In this document: positions 20,933 to 30,764 of the stretch, piece after piece
Numbering within the stretch: position 1 is the stretch's first letter
Layout of the letters: every line of letters begins with the position of its first letter
Source: Patescibacteria group bacterium
Lineage (GTDB): Bacteria; Patescibacteriota; Patescibacteriia; UBA9934
NCBI GenBank assembly: GCA_041666205.1
Contig: JBAYHI010000002.1
Span: 64,725-128,724, forward strand
Direction: 5' to 3'
DNA: 64,000 nt
Translations under genes and position numbers: made by a program
The notes under the pieces: generated by a model
The model's database searches: none
What the model was told of the DNA's origin: nothing
What the model saw: only the letters and a program-made list of their open reading frames with translations

Positions 20933-21441
20933 ACAAGCGCATTATCAACACGATGCGTTTCTTGTTCGAAACGCTCCATAATCGTGTCGGTTTTAATTTT
21001 CGCTTCCTGCTCTAAGAAAAATTTATTGACCCCAGGAATTAACTGAAGCCATTCAATAATGAGTTTCAATACTTTTTGCACCTGCATCTTGCCTTGAATC
21101 ATCATGACGTGGATGGTTTGTGCAACTTCCTCACCTTTTGCGCGAAATGCCGCCTTGCGATCGTCGGGGAGCGACAAATACATATCCGTGAGGTCAGACG
21201 ATAGAATTTCTTCAATATCTTTTACGAGCAAATCCTTGGGTGGAAGTGTTGCAACCGGAAGTTGTGGAGCAACCTGCGGAACTTCGGCAGGTTTTTCTTG
21301 CACAGGTTCTTGCGGTTCTGATTGCACTTCTGGTGCTTCTGCACTGGGTCCCGTCTCGGTACTGAGTTCTGGAACCTCAAATAGCTCCTCTCCACCTTCG
21401 GGAAGCGGGGTGAGATCTTTTTTCTCCGTCATGTCGGTCAT
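20929..21441 (-). CDS. hypothetical acidic Pro/Glu-rich protein, translationally coupled to the 841-aa ATPase
   Basis: 170 aa; N-terminal low-complexity PEV/PQ repeats, C-terminal helical domain; stop overlaps the downstream start (ATGA). Confidence 0.4.
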   Translation of the reverse strand: MTDMTEKKDLTPLPEGGEELFEVPELSTETGPSAEAPEVQSEPQEPVQEKPAEVPQVAPQLPVATLPPKDLLVKDIEEILSSDLTDMYLSLPDDRKAAFRAKGEEVAQTIHVMMIQGKMQVQKVLKLIIEWLQLIPGVNKFFLEQEAKIKTDTIMERFEQETHRVDNALV

Positions 21442-21456
21442 ATTGACCTTATTGTA

Positions 21457-22842
21457 TCACGGCTTGGCTTCGTGGACGACTTGTCCACCCGCGGTATCTT
21501 CCACGGTAAATCCCTGCGCGAAAATTTCGTCGCGCAACTTGTCTGACGTTTCAAAATCTTTTTTCTCGCGCGCGCGATCACGTTGTCGCAATAAGTCTTT
21601 GATGGATTCGGGAACTTCAATCGGTTTCGCAATATAATCCCCAAGGGACAATCCCAAGACTTCATCGCATTTCACAAGCGTTGCGGATTTTTTCTCACTT
21701 GGGATCGTATCGTTGTGCGTCATCTCCCAAACAATTGCGAGTGCTTTTGGCATGTCCAGATCGTCATTCACAGCAGTAATAAACGCATCCATGGTTGCAA
21801 CATCAGGTTTCCCGGGTTTATCCCAGTCGCGTACCATGGTGCGTAAATTCTCGATCGCGTGTTGAGACGCTTCGAGTGCTTCCCAGGTGAAATTCTGTTG
21901 TACACGATAATGCGCACCTAAAAAGAAATAACGCAGGGCCAATGGCTCAAATCCTTTTTCAACCAAATCATCCACAGAATACGTATTGTGAAGCGACTTG
22001 GACATTTTCCCTCCGTCGATGAGGAGGAATGCATTGTGCATCCAATAATGCGCAGGATTCACGCCACGTGCAGCTTCGGTTTGGGCAATTTCATTGGTGT
22101 GGTGCACGGGAATATGATCGATCCCGCCGGTGTGAATATCAAACGGAACATCGAGATATTTTTCGCTCATGGCCGAGCATTCAATATGCCAACCCGGGAA
22201 CCCCATGCCCCAAGGCGCTTGCCACTCCATTTGGCGATGTTCTTCCGGACGAGAAAACTTCCAAAGTGCAAAATCCGTTGGATTCTTTTTTTCCGCATTG
22301 CGAGAAACACGCGCACCCTCTTCCTTATCTTCAAGTTTTTGACCAGCTAAATCACCGTAGGTTGAAAGTTTGCTCGTATCAAAATACACGCCGTCGGAAA
22401 TCGTATACGCAAACCCGGCTTTTTCAATGGCTTCAATAAATTGGATTTGCTCGTCAATATGATCGGTTGCTTTTGGCATCTTAATTGGCGTCTCGATATT
22501 CAAGCGCTCCATGTCTTTTTTAAACAGCTCGGTATATTCTGCCGCAATATCCCAAGCAGATTTTTCCATTTCTCGCGCAGATTTTTCGAGTTTATCTTCG
22601 CCTTCAGATGCGTCGTCCGTTAAATGCCCGACGTCGGTGATGTTTACAACTTGTGCCACCTCGTAGCCATTAAACTCGAAACAGCGACGCAACAGATCGG
22701 AAAAAATATACGATCGAAAATTTCCAATCGATGCGCGCTGATACACGGTGGGGCCACAGCTATACATCCCCACTTTCCCTTCGTGGATGGGCTCAAATTT
22801 TTCTTTTTTTCGGGTAAGTGAATTCCAAAGATTGATTTCCAT
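21457..22842 (-). CDS. cysS: cysteine--tRNA ligase
   Basis: Class I HIGH (CGPTVYQRASIGN) and KMSKS motifs, 461 aa. Confidence 0.9.
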   Translation of the reverse strand: MEINLWNSLTRKKEKFEPIHEGKVGMYSCGPTVYQRASIGNFRSYIFSDLLRRCFEFNGYEVAQVVNITDVGHLTDDASEGEDKLEKSAREMEKSAWDIAAEYTELFKKDMERLNIETPIKMPKATDHIDEQIQFIEAIEKAGFAYTISDGVYFDTSKLSTYGDLAGQKLEDKEEGARVSRNAEKKNPTDFALWKFSRPEEHRQMEWQAPWGMGFPGWHIECSAMSEKYLDVPFDIHTGGIDHIPVHHTNEIAQTEAARGVNPAHYWMHNAFLLIDGGKMSKSLHNTYSVDDLVEKGFEPLALRYFFLGAHYRVQQNFTWEALEASQHAIENLRTMVRDWDKPGKPDVATMDAFITAVNDDLDMPKALAIVWEMTHNDTIPSEKKSATLVKCDEVLGLSLGDYIAKPIEVPESIKDLLRQRDRAREKKDFETSDKLRDEIFAQGFTVEDTAGGQVVHEAKP

Positions 22843-22900
22843 ACGACGGCATTATACCGATCCATTGCAAAAACCGCCATATACGGGAAACCCCCGGGCC

Positions 22901-23257
22901 TTAGCGCCCTGGGGGGATATAGGTCGCCCGATGCTCCTTGTAGATGAGCCAGGCGAAGACGAGGGGCGCGAACACCCCTTGCGAAACGCAGACAATGAAA
23001 TCCTTGGTATGCAGCATGAATCGCTGCCTGGGCGACAGAATGCTCCGCAAGTATTGATCGTCGATCTTCTTGTAGTCGCTGTAGTCGATCTCCCAGGCAA
23101 TCGCCCCCGCCAGCACGTGCGCGGCGATCGCGAAAATGATGAAGTACTCTCCAAACAGGATACAGGACAGGTAGATGATGATCGAGACGATCAATCCGAT
23201 CCTCCGGCACGCCTTGGGCGCACCGATTCCGACGTAGAGCGTTTCCAAGGACACCAT
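22901..23257 (-). CDS. hypothetical membrane protein on GC-rich insert
   Basis: 118 aa from MVSLETLYV; 3 predicted TM segments. GGAGGG SD site; upstream TTGACA-N17-TAGCAT promoter (23281-23309). Segment about 57% GC. Confidence 0.4.
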   Translation of the reverse strand: MVSLETLYVGIGAPKACRRIGLIVSIIIYLSCILFGEYFIIFAIAAHVLAGAIAWEIDYSDYKKIDDQYLRSILSPRQRFMLHTKDFIVCVSQGVFAPLVFAWLIYKEHRATYIPPGR

Positions 23258-23340
23258 AATACCCTCCACGATGGCATGTTTATGCTAGGAGGAAGCAGGA
23301 CGTCTGTCAAACAAAAAAGGGCCGAAGCCCGATTTGTGCT

Positions 23341-23877
23341 CTATGTTTTTCCGCGCAAAAAAAGCATGGTGAGAAGTGGGAGCGTGAACCAAATATTTGA
23401 CGCTGGCTCTTCAATAAAGAGCGTTTTCATGATGGGCGAAACCTCTAGCAAAATCATGTCAGGGAGCATGGTGCCGACCGTATATAAAAGCATGCCGGAA
23501 ATCACGATGATGAAGACGATCACTTCCCCGCCGGTCGGAACCGTATAGGGCTCGAAAAATTCATTGCGCACCTGAAACCAAAAAAACAGAAGCACGAGCA
23601 CGCCAAATAAGATAATCTTCACCCAATAATCCTCAAGGCCAACCTGTAAATCAAGATCCCGCAAAAACGGAATAAGCGTCATGCTGGCAAGCGCCAAATA
23701 AATGGAGATCATGAACGTAACGGAAAAGTCCCGACCGATCGTAAATAAAAACAAAAAAACAATCCCAATCGTTGCGGCTGCAACCCACCAATCAATGGAT
23801 TCAAGCGAGAGTTGATTCCAAATAGCCCAAATGTCCCATGTCATGCCTCCATTATACCAAACCTCCTGCAGACGCAC
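23341..23877 (-). CDS. hypothetical polytopic membrane protein
   Basis: 178 aa, 4-5 hydrophobic helices, no motif recognised. Terminator hairpin CGGGCTTCGGCCC plus T-tract at about 23311-23335. Confidence 0.4.
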   Translation of the reverse strand: MRLQEVWYNGGMTWDIWAIWNQLSLESIDWWVAAATIGIVFLFLFTIGRDFSVTFMISIYLALASMTLIPFLRDLDLQVGLEDYWVKIILFGVLVLLFFWFQVRNEFFEPYTVPTGGEVIVFIIVISGMLLYTVGTMLPDMILLEVSPIMKTLFIEEPASNIWFTLPLLTMLFLRGKT

Positions 23878-23879
23878 AG

Positions 23880-24926
23880 CTAGACCTCACGCAAATTGAG
23901 TTCTTCTAAAATTTTTCGTTCATTGCGATCCAACTTCTTTGGTGTGACGAGTTGCACAATCACAATGTGGTCGCCCCGACTTCGACCCGATGGCACGCCT
24001 TTCCCGCGCAAACGTAATTTATCGCCCGGCTGGGTGCCAGCTGGAACTTTCACCTTTACGCTCCCGTCAACAGTCTCAACCATCACATCGTCGCCAAGCG
24101 CGGCTTGTGTAAATCCGATTCGTTTTACCGAATAAATCGTGTCGCCCTGACGCTCGAAGCGTTTATCGGCTTGCACGCGCAATTGCAAATAGAGGTCGCC
24201 GTTTCCGCCAGCCGAGCCCATGCTCTCGCCTTGGCCACGCACACGAATGCGATTTCCGTCCTCAACGCCCGCCGGAATATTCACACGCAGCGTGGAGCGT
24301 TTATATTCGGTGCCCGTGCCATTGCATGTGGTGCATTTATTTTCTGGCGTTTCGCCGTTTCCGCCACACGAAGCGCAGGTTGTACGCGATTGAATATTTC
24401 CAAACATGGTGCGCTGCGTGACGATACGCATGCCCGAGCCCTTGCAGTCGTCGCACGTTTTCATTTTTGTGCCAGGCTCACCACCGGTTCCGCCACAGCG
24501 TTCACATGCTTGATTTTTTGTGAGGGACAGTTCTTTTTCAACGCCAAAAATCGATTCCTTAAACGAGAGCTCCACATCCACTAAAATATCTTGCCCGCGA
24601 TTCTGGCGCCCTCGTCCACCACCACCGCCAAACATATTCCCAAACAAATCGCCGAGATCTTCGAAATTCATGTTCGAGTAGAAATCATTGAAATTGCCAA
24701 ATCCTCCACCACCTGCTTGATCGAAGGTGGTGCCGTACTGATCGTATTGCTCGCGCTTCTTTTCGTCGCCAAGCACCTGGTAGGCTTCGTTCACTTCTTT
24801 GAATTTTTCTTCGTTTCCGCCTTTATCGGGGTGATGTTCATGGGCGAGTTTTCGAAACGCGCGCTTCACCTCTTCTTTGGTGGCGCTTTTTTCAACTCCT
24901 AAAATTTTATAATAATCTTTGCCCAT
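23880..24926 (-). CDS. dnaJ: chaperone DnaJ
   Basis: J-domain HPD (HEHHPDKG), G/F region, four CxxCxGxG zinc repeats. Confidence 0.9.
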   Translation of the reverse strand: MGKDYYKILGVEKSATKEEVKRAFRKLAHEHHPDKGGNEEKFKEVNEAYQVLGDEKKREQYDQYGTTFDQAGGGGFGNFNDFYSNMNFEDLGDLFGNMFGGGGGRGRQNRGQDILVDVELSFKESIFGVEKELSLTKNQACERCGGTGGEPGTKMKTCDDCKGSGMRIVTQRTMFGNIQSRTTCASCGGNGETPENKCTTCNGTGTEYKRSTLRVNIPAGVEDGNRIRVRGQGESMGSAGGNGDLYLQLRVQADKRFERQGDTIYSVKRIGFTQAALGDDVMVETVDGSVKVKVPAGTQPGDKLRLRGKGVPSGRSRGDHIVIVQLVTPKKLDRNERKILEELNLREV

Positions 24927-24941
24927 ACAAAATTATTGCCT

Positions 24942-25010
24942 CGGGCGGGTCGCAGACCCGCCCCTACAGAATCGAATCATGTACGGGCAGGTCTGTGACC
25001 TGCCCTATAC
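24942..25010. repeat. hairpin-pair intergenic repeat, copy A
   Basis: CGGGCGGGTCGCAGACCCGCCC-CTACAG-...-GTACGGGCAGGTCTGTGACCTGCCCTATAC. Family members at 40579-40662, 59329-59399 and, partially, 63891-63946. Confidence 0.55.
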
Positions 25011-25014
25011 GGAA

Positions 25015-25203
25015 TTAAAACCATCCCTTCTTTTCTTCCTGCACCACCTTGGCCTGCACATCCACAATCTTGGATTTTCCTTTATTGAGCACCTTGTTCC
25101 AAAGGAAATCCCGAACCTGCGGAATGGAAAGAATCGAAAGCACGGTTGAGGCAACCCCGAGTCCCCCACGCGCCGCGAACTTGAACAAATTTCGAATTTT
25201 CAT
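25015..25203 (-). CDS. possible small protein between dnaK and dnaJ
   Basis: 62-aa ORF within the operon, basic C-terminal half; no motif. Confidence 0.25.
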   Translation of the reverse strand: MKIRNLFKFAARGGLGVASTVLSILSIPQVRDFLWNKVLNKGKSKIVDVQAKVVQEEKKGWF

Positions 25204-25204
25204 A

Positions 25205-27103
25205 TTATTTTTTCTCTTCGTCTTTCTTCACTTCCTCAAAATCCGCATCTTTCGTACCAGGTTCCGCTGGCTTTTCGTCAGCTGGTGCCTCTGCGCCCTG
25301 CGCTGGCTGTTGATACATCGAGGCGCCAATCTTTTGCGCGACTTTGGAAAGTTCTTCTGACGCCGTCTTGATGGCTGTGACGTCTTCGCCGTCTTTTACT
25401 TTCTTGAGCGCATCAAGTTTCTCTTGCACTTCTTTTGCGTCCTCTTCTTTCATTTTACTCTTGTAGTCGGTCAGCATCTTCTCCGTGGTGTAGACAAGTG
25501 TATCGGCGATGTTTCGTGTCTCGATAATTTCTTGTTTTTTCTTGTCTTCATCGGCATGCGCTTCCGCATCGTGTTTCATTTTTTCGATGTCGTCTTTGGA
25601 AAGGCCAGAGCTTGCCGTGATCGTGATCGTCTGCTCTTTATTTGTTCCTTTGTCTTTTGCCTTCACATTCAAAATTCCGTTTGCATCAATATCAAACGAC
25701 ACCTCAATTTGTGGCACGCCACGTGGCGCTGGAGGAATCCCCGTGAGCGAGAATTGCCCAAGCATCTTATTGTCCAAAGCCATTGGGCGCTCGCCCTGGA
25801 AGACTTTAATATCAACCGATGGCTGACTATCTGACGCTGTAGAAAACACCTGGCTCTTTGACGTTGGAATCGTTGTGTTGCGCTCAATGAGTTTTGTCAT
25901 GACTCCACCCATGGTTTCAATACCCAAGGAAAGTGGTGTGACGTCCAAAAGTAAAACATCTTTGACGTCGCCGGCAAGCACTCCGCCTTGAATGGCAGCA
26001 CCAACAGCCACAACTTCATCAGGATTCACGGAAATATTTGGACGCTTGCCAAAGTAATCCTCCACTTTTTTCTGCACGAGTGGCATGCGTGTCATTCCAC
26101 CCACCATCACAATTTCTTCAATGTCGCCTTTTGACATCTTTGCGTCTTCGAGTGCTTTTGCGACCGGTCCCATGGTTTTCTCAATAAGAGGAGCAACGAG
26201 TTCTTCGAGTTTTGATCGTGTCATTTTCATTACTAAATGTTTTGGCCCTTCTGCGCCCGACGTAATAAATGGCTGATTGATTTCGGTTTCTTGCGCGGTT
26301 GAGAGTTCAATCTTGGCGCGCTCAGCTGCGTCTTTGATGCGTTGCATGGCAAGCGCATCGCCCTTCAAATCAACGCCTTCGAGTTTTTTGAACTCCGAGA
26401 GAATCCAGTCGATGATGATTTTATCAAAATCATCTCCGCCAAGATGTGTGTCCCCATTTGTCGAAAGCACCTCGACCGTATTGTCGGAAACATCAAGGAC
26501 CGAAACATCGAATGTTCCGCCACCCAAATCGTAGACCAAAATTTGCTGACCTGCTTTTTTATCAAATCCGTAGGCAAGCGCTGCAGCTGTTGGCTCATTG
26601 ATGATTCGACTGACTTTCAAACCTGCAATTTCACCTGCGTCTTTTGTCGCTTGGCGTTGCGCATCGTCAAAATACGCTGGCACCGTAATCACAGCTTCGG
26701 TGACAGGCCCGCCCAAACGCTCTTCAGCATCGGCTTTCATTTTGCCCAGCACCATGGCACCAATTTCTTGTGGCGTATATTCTTTTCCACCCATCATAAT
26801 TCCAACACCCTCGCCACGCTGAACAATTTTATACGACATATTTTCACGATCGCGCTGAACTTCTGGATCGGTAAAACGTCGTCCAATCAAGCGCTTGATG
26901 GAATAAAGCGTATCAACGGGATTCGTAATGGATTGTCGCTTTGCAGGCATGCCAACCAATCGCTCGCCATTTTTTGCAATCGCAATAATGGATGGCGTGG
27001 TGCGATTCCCTTCTTTATTTTCAATGATGCGTGGTTGCCCGCCTTCAATGATGGCCATGGCTGAATTTGTTGTTCCCAAATCAATTCCTAGAATTTTAGA
27101 CAT
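25205..27103 (-). CDS. dnaK: chaperone DnaK (Hsp70)
   Basis: [16 protein letters not shown] and VGGMTRMP signatures, 632 aa. Confidence 0.95.
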   Translation of the reverse strand: MSKILGIDLGTTNSAMAIIEGGQPRIIENKEGNRTTPSIIAIAKNGERLVGMPAKRQSITNPVDTLYSIKRLIGRRFTDPEVQRDRENMSYKIVQRGEGVGIMMGGKEYTPQEIGAMVLGKMKADAEERLGGPVTEAVITVPAYFDDAQRQATKDAGEIAGLKVSRIINEPTAAALAYGFDKKAGQQILVYDLGGGTFDVSVLDVSDNTVEVLSTNGDTHLGGDDFDKIIIDWILSEFKKLEGVDLKGDALAMQRIKDAAERAKIELSTAQETEINQPFITSGAEGPKHLVMKMTRSKLEELVAPLIEKTMGPVAKALEDAKMSKGDIEEIVMVGGMTRMPLVQKKVEDYFGKRPNISVNPDEVVAVGAAIQGGVLAGDVKDVLLLDVTPLSLGIETMGGVMTKLIERNTTIPTSKSQVFSTASDSQPSVDIKVFQGERPMALDNKMLGQFSLTGIPPAPRGVPQIEVSFDIDANGILNVKAKDKGTNKEQTITITASSGLSKDDIEKMKHDAEAHADEDKKKQEIIETRNIADTLVYTTEKMLTDYKSKMKEEDAKEVQEKLDALKKVKDGEDVTAIKTASEELSKVAQKIGASMYQQPAQGAEAPADEKPAEPGTKDADFEEVKKDEEKK

Positions 27104-27106
27104 AGA

Positions 27107-27604
27107 TTATTCATTAATGATTACTTTTGCCGGACGAATCACACGTCCTGCGATTGCGTATCCGGTTTGAACTTCCTCCAAAATTTCGTTTAATGCTTTC
27201 CCCTCCTCATGTTTTGTTCCTCCGGCCTCATGAAATTCCGGATTGAACGCTTCGCCGATTGTTTTCATGCGCTCAACTCCAATTGATGCGAGTGAATCTG
27301 CAAATTGCTTTTGGATGTAGACCACGCCCTGGAGCCAATTCTCGAGCGTCTTTTTGCTTTCGGGTGGCAGTGCATCGAGTGGGGGCGTGTGACGAACGGC
27401 TGCGTCAAAGTTGTCGATGACTGGCAGAAAACTCTGAACCAAATCGGTGACAAGATAGCGACGCGTTTCAGTTTCACGAAGAGACAACTCTTTTTTCAAA
27501 TTCTCGTAATCGGCGAGCGCGCGCTTCCAACCCGCGAGATATTCTGCGCATTGAATCTCGAGTTCAGATGATTTTGGTTTTTTATTTTTCATCGGTTTTT
27601 CCAT
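27107..27604 (-). CDS. grpE: nucleotide exchange factor GrpE
   Basis: 165 aa coiled-coil plus C-terminal GrpE fold, operon position between hrcA and dnaK. Confidence 0.85.
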   Translation of the reverse strand: MEKPMKNKKPKSSELEIQCAEYLAGWKRALADYENLKKELSLRETETRRYLVTDLVQSFLPVIDNFDAAVRHTPPLDALPPESKKTLENWLQGVVYIQKQFADSLASIGVERMKTIGEAFNPEFHEAGGTKHEEGKALNEILEEVQTGYAIAGRVIRPAKVIINE

Positions 27605-28301
27605 ATTCGTCCTCGATTAATTTGCGTGCTTCAGATAAGAGTCCAATATTGCGTTCGTAGTTCATGCGCAAGGGACCAACGAGCCCAAGCATCCCCATCA
27701 TGCCATTTGGCAATTTGTAGCGAACCATGATGGTGGCCATTTGATTGCCAAACGGATTTTCGTGTCCGATCCACACATTCATGTCACTTTGCGCTTCGGC
27801 AAATGCGTCTGTCATGACGTCGTCCATGCGATCAACCACATTTGAAAGTGATCGAAGCGTCTGTACATCTTGAAAATCTGGTTTGTCAAAAAGCTTGGAG
27901 AGTCCACTCACGTGGTGCCAGTCGCTTTGAAGTGCGGTGACTGCCGCTTCCCCCGAAAGCTCAACGAGCGCTTTGGCAATTTCGCGCATCAAATCTTTTT
28001 CGTCGGTTGTGCGATGAGCAAATGTTTTTTCGAGGCACTTATTTTCACGCTCGGTGCAATGCCCAAATCGACGATCGTGCAGGTAGAAGCGATACCCTTC
28101 TTCGGTTGGCACGCGACCTGATGAGGTATGGGGTTGACGTAGATATCCAGCCGTTTCGAGCGCCATCATATCGTTCCGAACCGTGGCTGGTGAAACGCCT
28201 AAATCGTATTTTTGCACCAAAAAACCCGAAGAAACGGGTTCCGCAGTCTCCAAATAGGCGTCAATGATTGCGCGCAAAATTGTTGCCTCTCGGTTATTCA
28301 T
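27582..28301 (-). CDS. hrcA: heat-inducible transcription repressor HrcA
   Basis: N-terminal wHTH (REATILRAIIDAYLETAEPVSSGFL), 239 aa, first gene of the hrcA-grpE-dnaK-dnaJ operon. Confidence 0.85.
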   Translation of the reverse strand: MNNREATILRAIIDAYLETAEPVSSGFLVQKYDLGVSPATVRNDMMALETAGYLRQPHTSSGRVPTEEGYRFYLHDRRFGHCTERENKCLEKTFAHRTTDEKDLMREIAKALVELSGEAAVTALQSDWHHVSGLSKLFDKPDFQDVQTLRSLSNVVDRMDDVMTDAFAEAQSDMNVWIGHENPFGNQMATIMVRYKLPNGMMGMLGLVGPLRMNYERNIGLLSEARKLIEDEYGKTDEK

Positions 28302-28303
28302 AA

Positions 28304-28332
28304 ACTAGCAGTCACAAGTATAGACTGCTAGT
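28304..28332. promoter_or_regulatory. CIRCE-like operator (ACTAGCAGTC-N9-GACTGCTAGT)
   Basis: Perfect 9/10-bp inverted repeat with 9-bp spacer immediately upstream of hrcA. Variant of consensus TTAGCACTC-N9-GAGTGCTAA. Confidence 0.55.
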
Positions 28333-28352
28333 TTCGTGCCGTCAAGAGATTC

Positions 28353-30020
28353 TTACTCAAAGAGTCGGATGAGCTCCTTTTGTTTTCGTGCAGCAACTTG
28401 CCAGCTGGCTTTTTTATCTTTTCGAAGCTTAAGCATTTCCCCAGCGTGTGCGCCACTCAAGTGGCTCGGGATAATCACGTATGCCGCACCAAGTTTATAA
28501 AGTCGTTTTGCTTCAAGCGCATTTTTTGCCGACACCACCACAGTGGCACGGGATTTGCGTGATTTCAAATAGCCCAAAATATCGGAACTCAGTGCCCCAT
28601 CGGGAATGCTCGAGACAATAAGTTGCGCATGCTCGGCATGAAGTTCACGCAAAAATTCTTCGCTTCCAATATCGCCATAGCGATATGGAATGTGACGATT
28701 GCGCAAACGTTCAATCACGGCCGGGTTAAAATCCACAACCACATATTCACGCTTGAGGGACTTCACAGCAGGGAGCATCGCTTCACCCATGGCATCGCAT
28801 CCACATAAAATGACTTCGGGCGCACGGTCGATGAGTTCTTTTTCACGGCGCTCTGTCCATCGAAATAGAAAATGCAATCGATCGTAAATTTGCTCGTTAT
28901 ACTTCATGGCATACGTGGAGAGCCCGATTGATATCATGCCGATAATGATGATGAGCGGTAAAAACGCAGAATCAATAAGTCCTGCCTCAATGCCAAGCGC
29001 TGCAAGAATAAACGAAAACTCGCTTACCTGCGCCATGGTGCTGCCGGTTAAAAATCCGGTGCGTGAATGGAACCGGAAGAGTCTCAAAATCCCCATGGTG
29101 ACAAGCGGTTTCACAAAAAGCACAAATGTCGTGAGCGATGCAATAATCATCCACGTGCTTTCGAATTTTGAAAAATCGAGTTGCGCACCAAGCACGATGA
29201 AAAAGATAATCAAGAAGAAATCTCGAAGCGGTTTGATTTTTCCGGCAATCTCGCGATGGAATTCCGATCCAGCCAAACTCAAGCCCGCAAGAAGCGCACC
29301 CATCTCGATGCTAAAGCCAATAAATTGTAATCCCGCTGCCACGGCAAAACACCAACTCAAGGCCGTGAGGAATAATAATTCCGGCGAACGTGCGGCGTAA
29401 CGGAATAAATGTGGCAATACAAATCGCGCCAAGATCCACATCACAAAAATCACCGCTACCCCTTTAATCGCTGACATTGCAAGCACTGCCCCAATCACTT
29501 GATCGCCTTGCGCAAATGCCGAAATTACCAAGAGCGCGATCATGGCGACGATGTCTTGTACGATGAGAATCCCGACTGCGATTTTTCCGTAAAGTCGATC
29601 TAGATCTTCTTTATCGCTCAAAATCTTGGCAATAATGATGGTGCTCGAAAATGAAAATGCCAAGCCTCCCAGAATGCATGTGGACAAATCAAAATCAAAT
29701 GCACGCAATAAGAAAAATCCCAAACCCGACGACAAAATAATCTGTCCGAGCCCTGCAACCGTTGCCATGGGGCCAATCTCGCGCAAATTGCGCCAATTCA
29801 AATTGAGTCCAACCAAGAAGAGCAAAAATGCAATTCCAATGTCAGAGAGTGTGCCAAATAATTCCGACGAACCGGCAATATCCAAAAGCCCCGGGCCAAT
29901 CAAGAGTCCAGTAATGAGATAGGCGATGATGAGTGGCTGACGCAACAGGTAAACCAAAAGCGACAAGAGCCCTGAGCTCATCACAACCACGGCAATTTCT
30001 ATGAAAATTGTTTCGTGCAT
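28353..30020 (-). CDS. CPA2-family K+/H+ antiporter with C-terminal RCK/TrkA-N domain
   Basis: About 11 TM helices then Rossmann-like VILCGCDAMGEA region. Confidence 0.7.
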   Translation of the reverse strand: MHETIFIEIAVVVMSSGLLSLLVYLLRQPLIIAYLITGLLIGPGLLDIAGSSELFGTLSDIGIAFLLFLVGLNLNWRNLREIGPMATVAGLGQIILSSGLGFFLLRAFDFDLSTCILGGLAFSFSSTIIIAKILSDKEDLDRLYGKIAVGILIVQDIVAMIALLVISAFAQGDQVIGAVLAMSAIKGVAVIFVMWILARFVLPHLFRYAARSPELLFLTALSWCFAVAAGLQFIGFSIEMGALLAGLSLAGSEFHREIAGKIKPLRDFFLIIFFIVLGAQLDFSKFESTWMIIASLTTFVLFVKPLVTMGILRLFRFHSRTGFLTGSTMAQVSEFSFILAALGIEAGLIDSAFLPLIIIIGMISIGLSTYAMKYNEQIYDRLHFLFRWTERREKELIDRAPEVILCGCDAMGEAMLPAVKSLKREYVVVDFNPAVIERLRNRHIPYRYGDIGSEEFLRELHAEHAQLIVSSIPDGALSSDILGYLKSRKSRATVVVSAKNALEAKRLYKLGAAYVIIPSHLSGAHAGEMLKLRKDKKASWQVAARKQKELIRLFE

Positions 30021-30109
30021 AGCCTCCTATTCGGATTGATATGATTATAACACGAACACACGCTCGTCAAAACGGATAAGGTCACGTATCATACACAGGA
30101 ACAATATCT

Positions 30110-30523
30110 ATGAAAAACAATCCATCAGAAGGCGATCCTGACAGCACGCGGAATAGAGAATTCGAATCACTCAAGCCTCGCATTGAGCACTGGTTTAGTA
30201 TGAATTATCATTACGATTCCGCGCTCGTGAAACACTGGATTACTTCATTTGAAAATTCGCTAAAAAAACATAAACTCCCAAGCAATATAAAAATCGATTT
30301 TGGAGAAACGCGATTTTATTGCATGGCCTCGAGTAAAGCAGAATTTCCGGTCTATCAATTCAAACCCATTCTCAACCGAGCACTACGTGGAAAAGCCCCC
30401 TATCATGATTGGGAGGTCATTGGTCTCATGACTGCGGACGAATGTGATGACGATGTGCCTGATGCAGTTATCAATGTACTCAAAAATATTCAAGCGCAAA
30501 CACAAGAGCCGAAGGGGAAATAA
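30110..30523 (+). CDS. hypothetical protein
   Basis: 137-aa ORF, no motif; terminator hairpin follows. Confidence 0.4.
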   Translation: MKNNPSEGDPDSTRNREFESLKPRIEHWFSMNYHYDSALVKHWITSFENSLKKHKLPSNIKIDFGETRFYCMASSKAEFPVYQFKPILNRALRGKAPYHDWEVIGLMTADECDDDVPDAVINVLKNIQAQTQEPKGK

Positions 30524-30544
30524 ATCACGGTTTTTTCCCACAAT

Positions 30545-30574
30545 AAAACCACAATCTTCTATGACTGTGGTTTT
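30545..30574 (+). terminator. intrinsic terminator
   Basis: AAAACCACA-ATCTTCTATGAC-TGTGGTTTT hairpin with T-tract. Confidence 0.5.
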
Positions 30575-30576
30575 AT

Positions 30577-30651
30577 TGGTGACCCCACCGGGAATCGAAC
30601 CCGAATTTCCAGGATGAGAACCTGATGTCCTAACCGTTAGACGATGGGGCC
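30577..30651 (-). tRNA. tRNA-Glu (anticodon CTC)
   Basis: Hand-folded cloverleaf: acceptor GGCCCCA/TGGGGTC, anticodon loop TTCTCAT, T-loop GGGTTCGATTCCC, CCA encoded. Promoter TTGACA-N17-TATTGT at 30665-30693. Confidence 0.8.
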
Positions 30652-30764
30652 AAAATGTGGGTAGACAATACGAGTTTTTCGCGGTTTTGTCAATATCAAA
30701 TAGTTGACACCGCCTGCTTTTTGAACTATCTTTTCCGGTCGAACTATAGCATTTTGGAGGAAAC

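Noticed and set aside
30688-30709. Palindrome TGTCAA-N10-TTGACA as a possible operator
   Set aside because: It is fully explained by two divergent -35 boxes: TTGACA for tRNA-Glu on the minus strand and TTGACA for the plus-strand secreted-protein gene. No need to invoke a regulator site.
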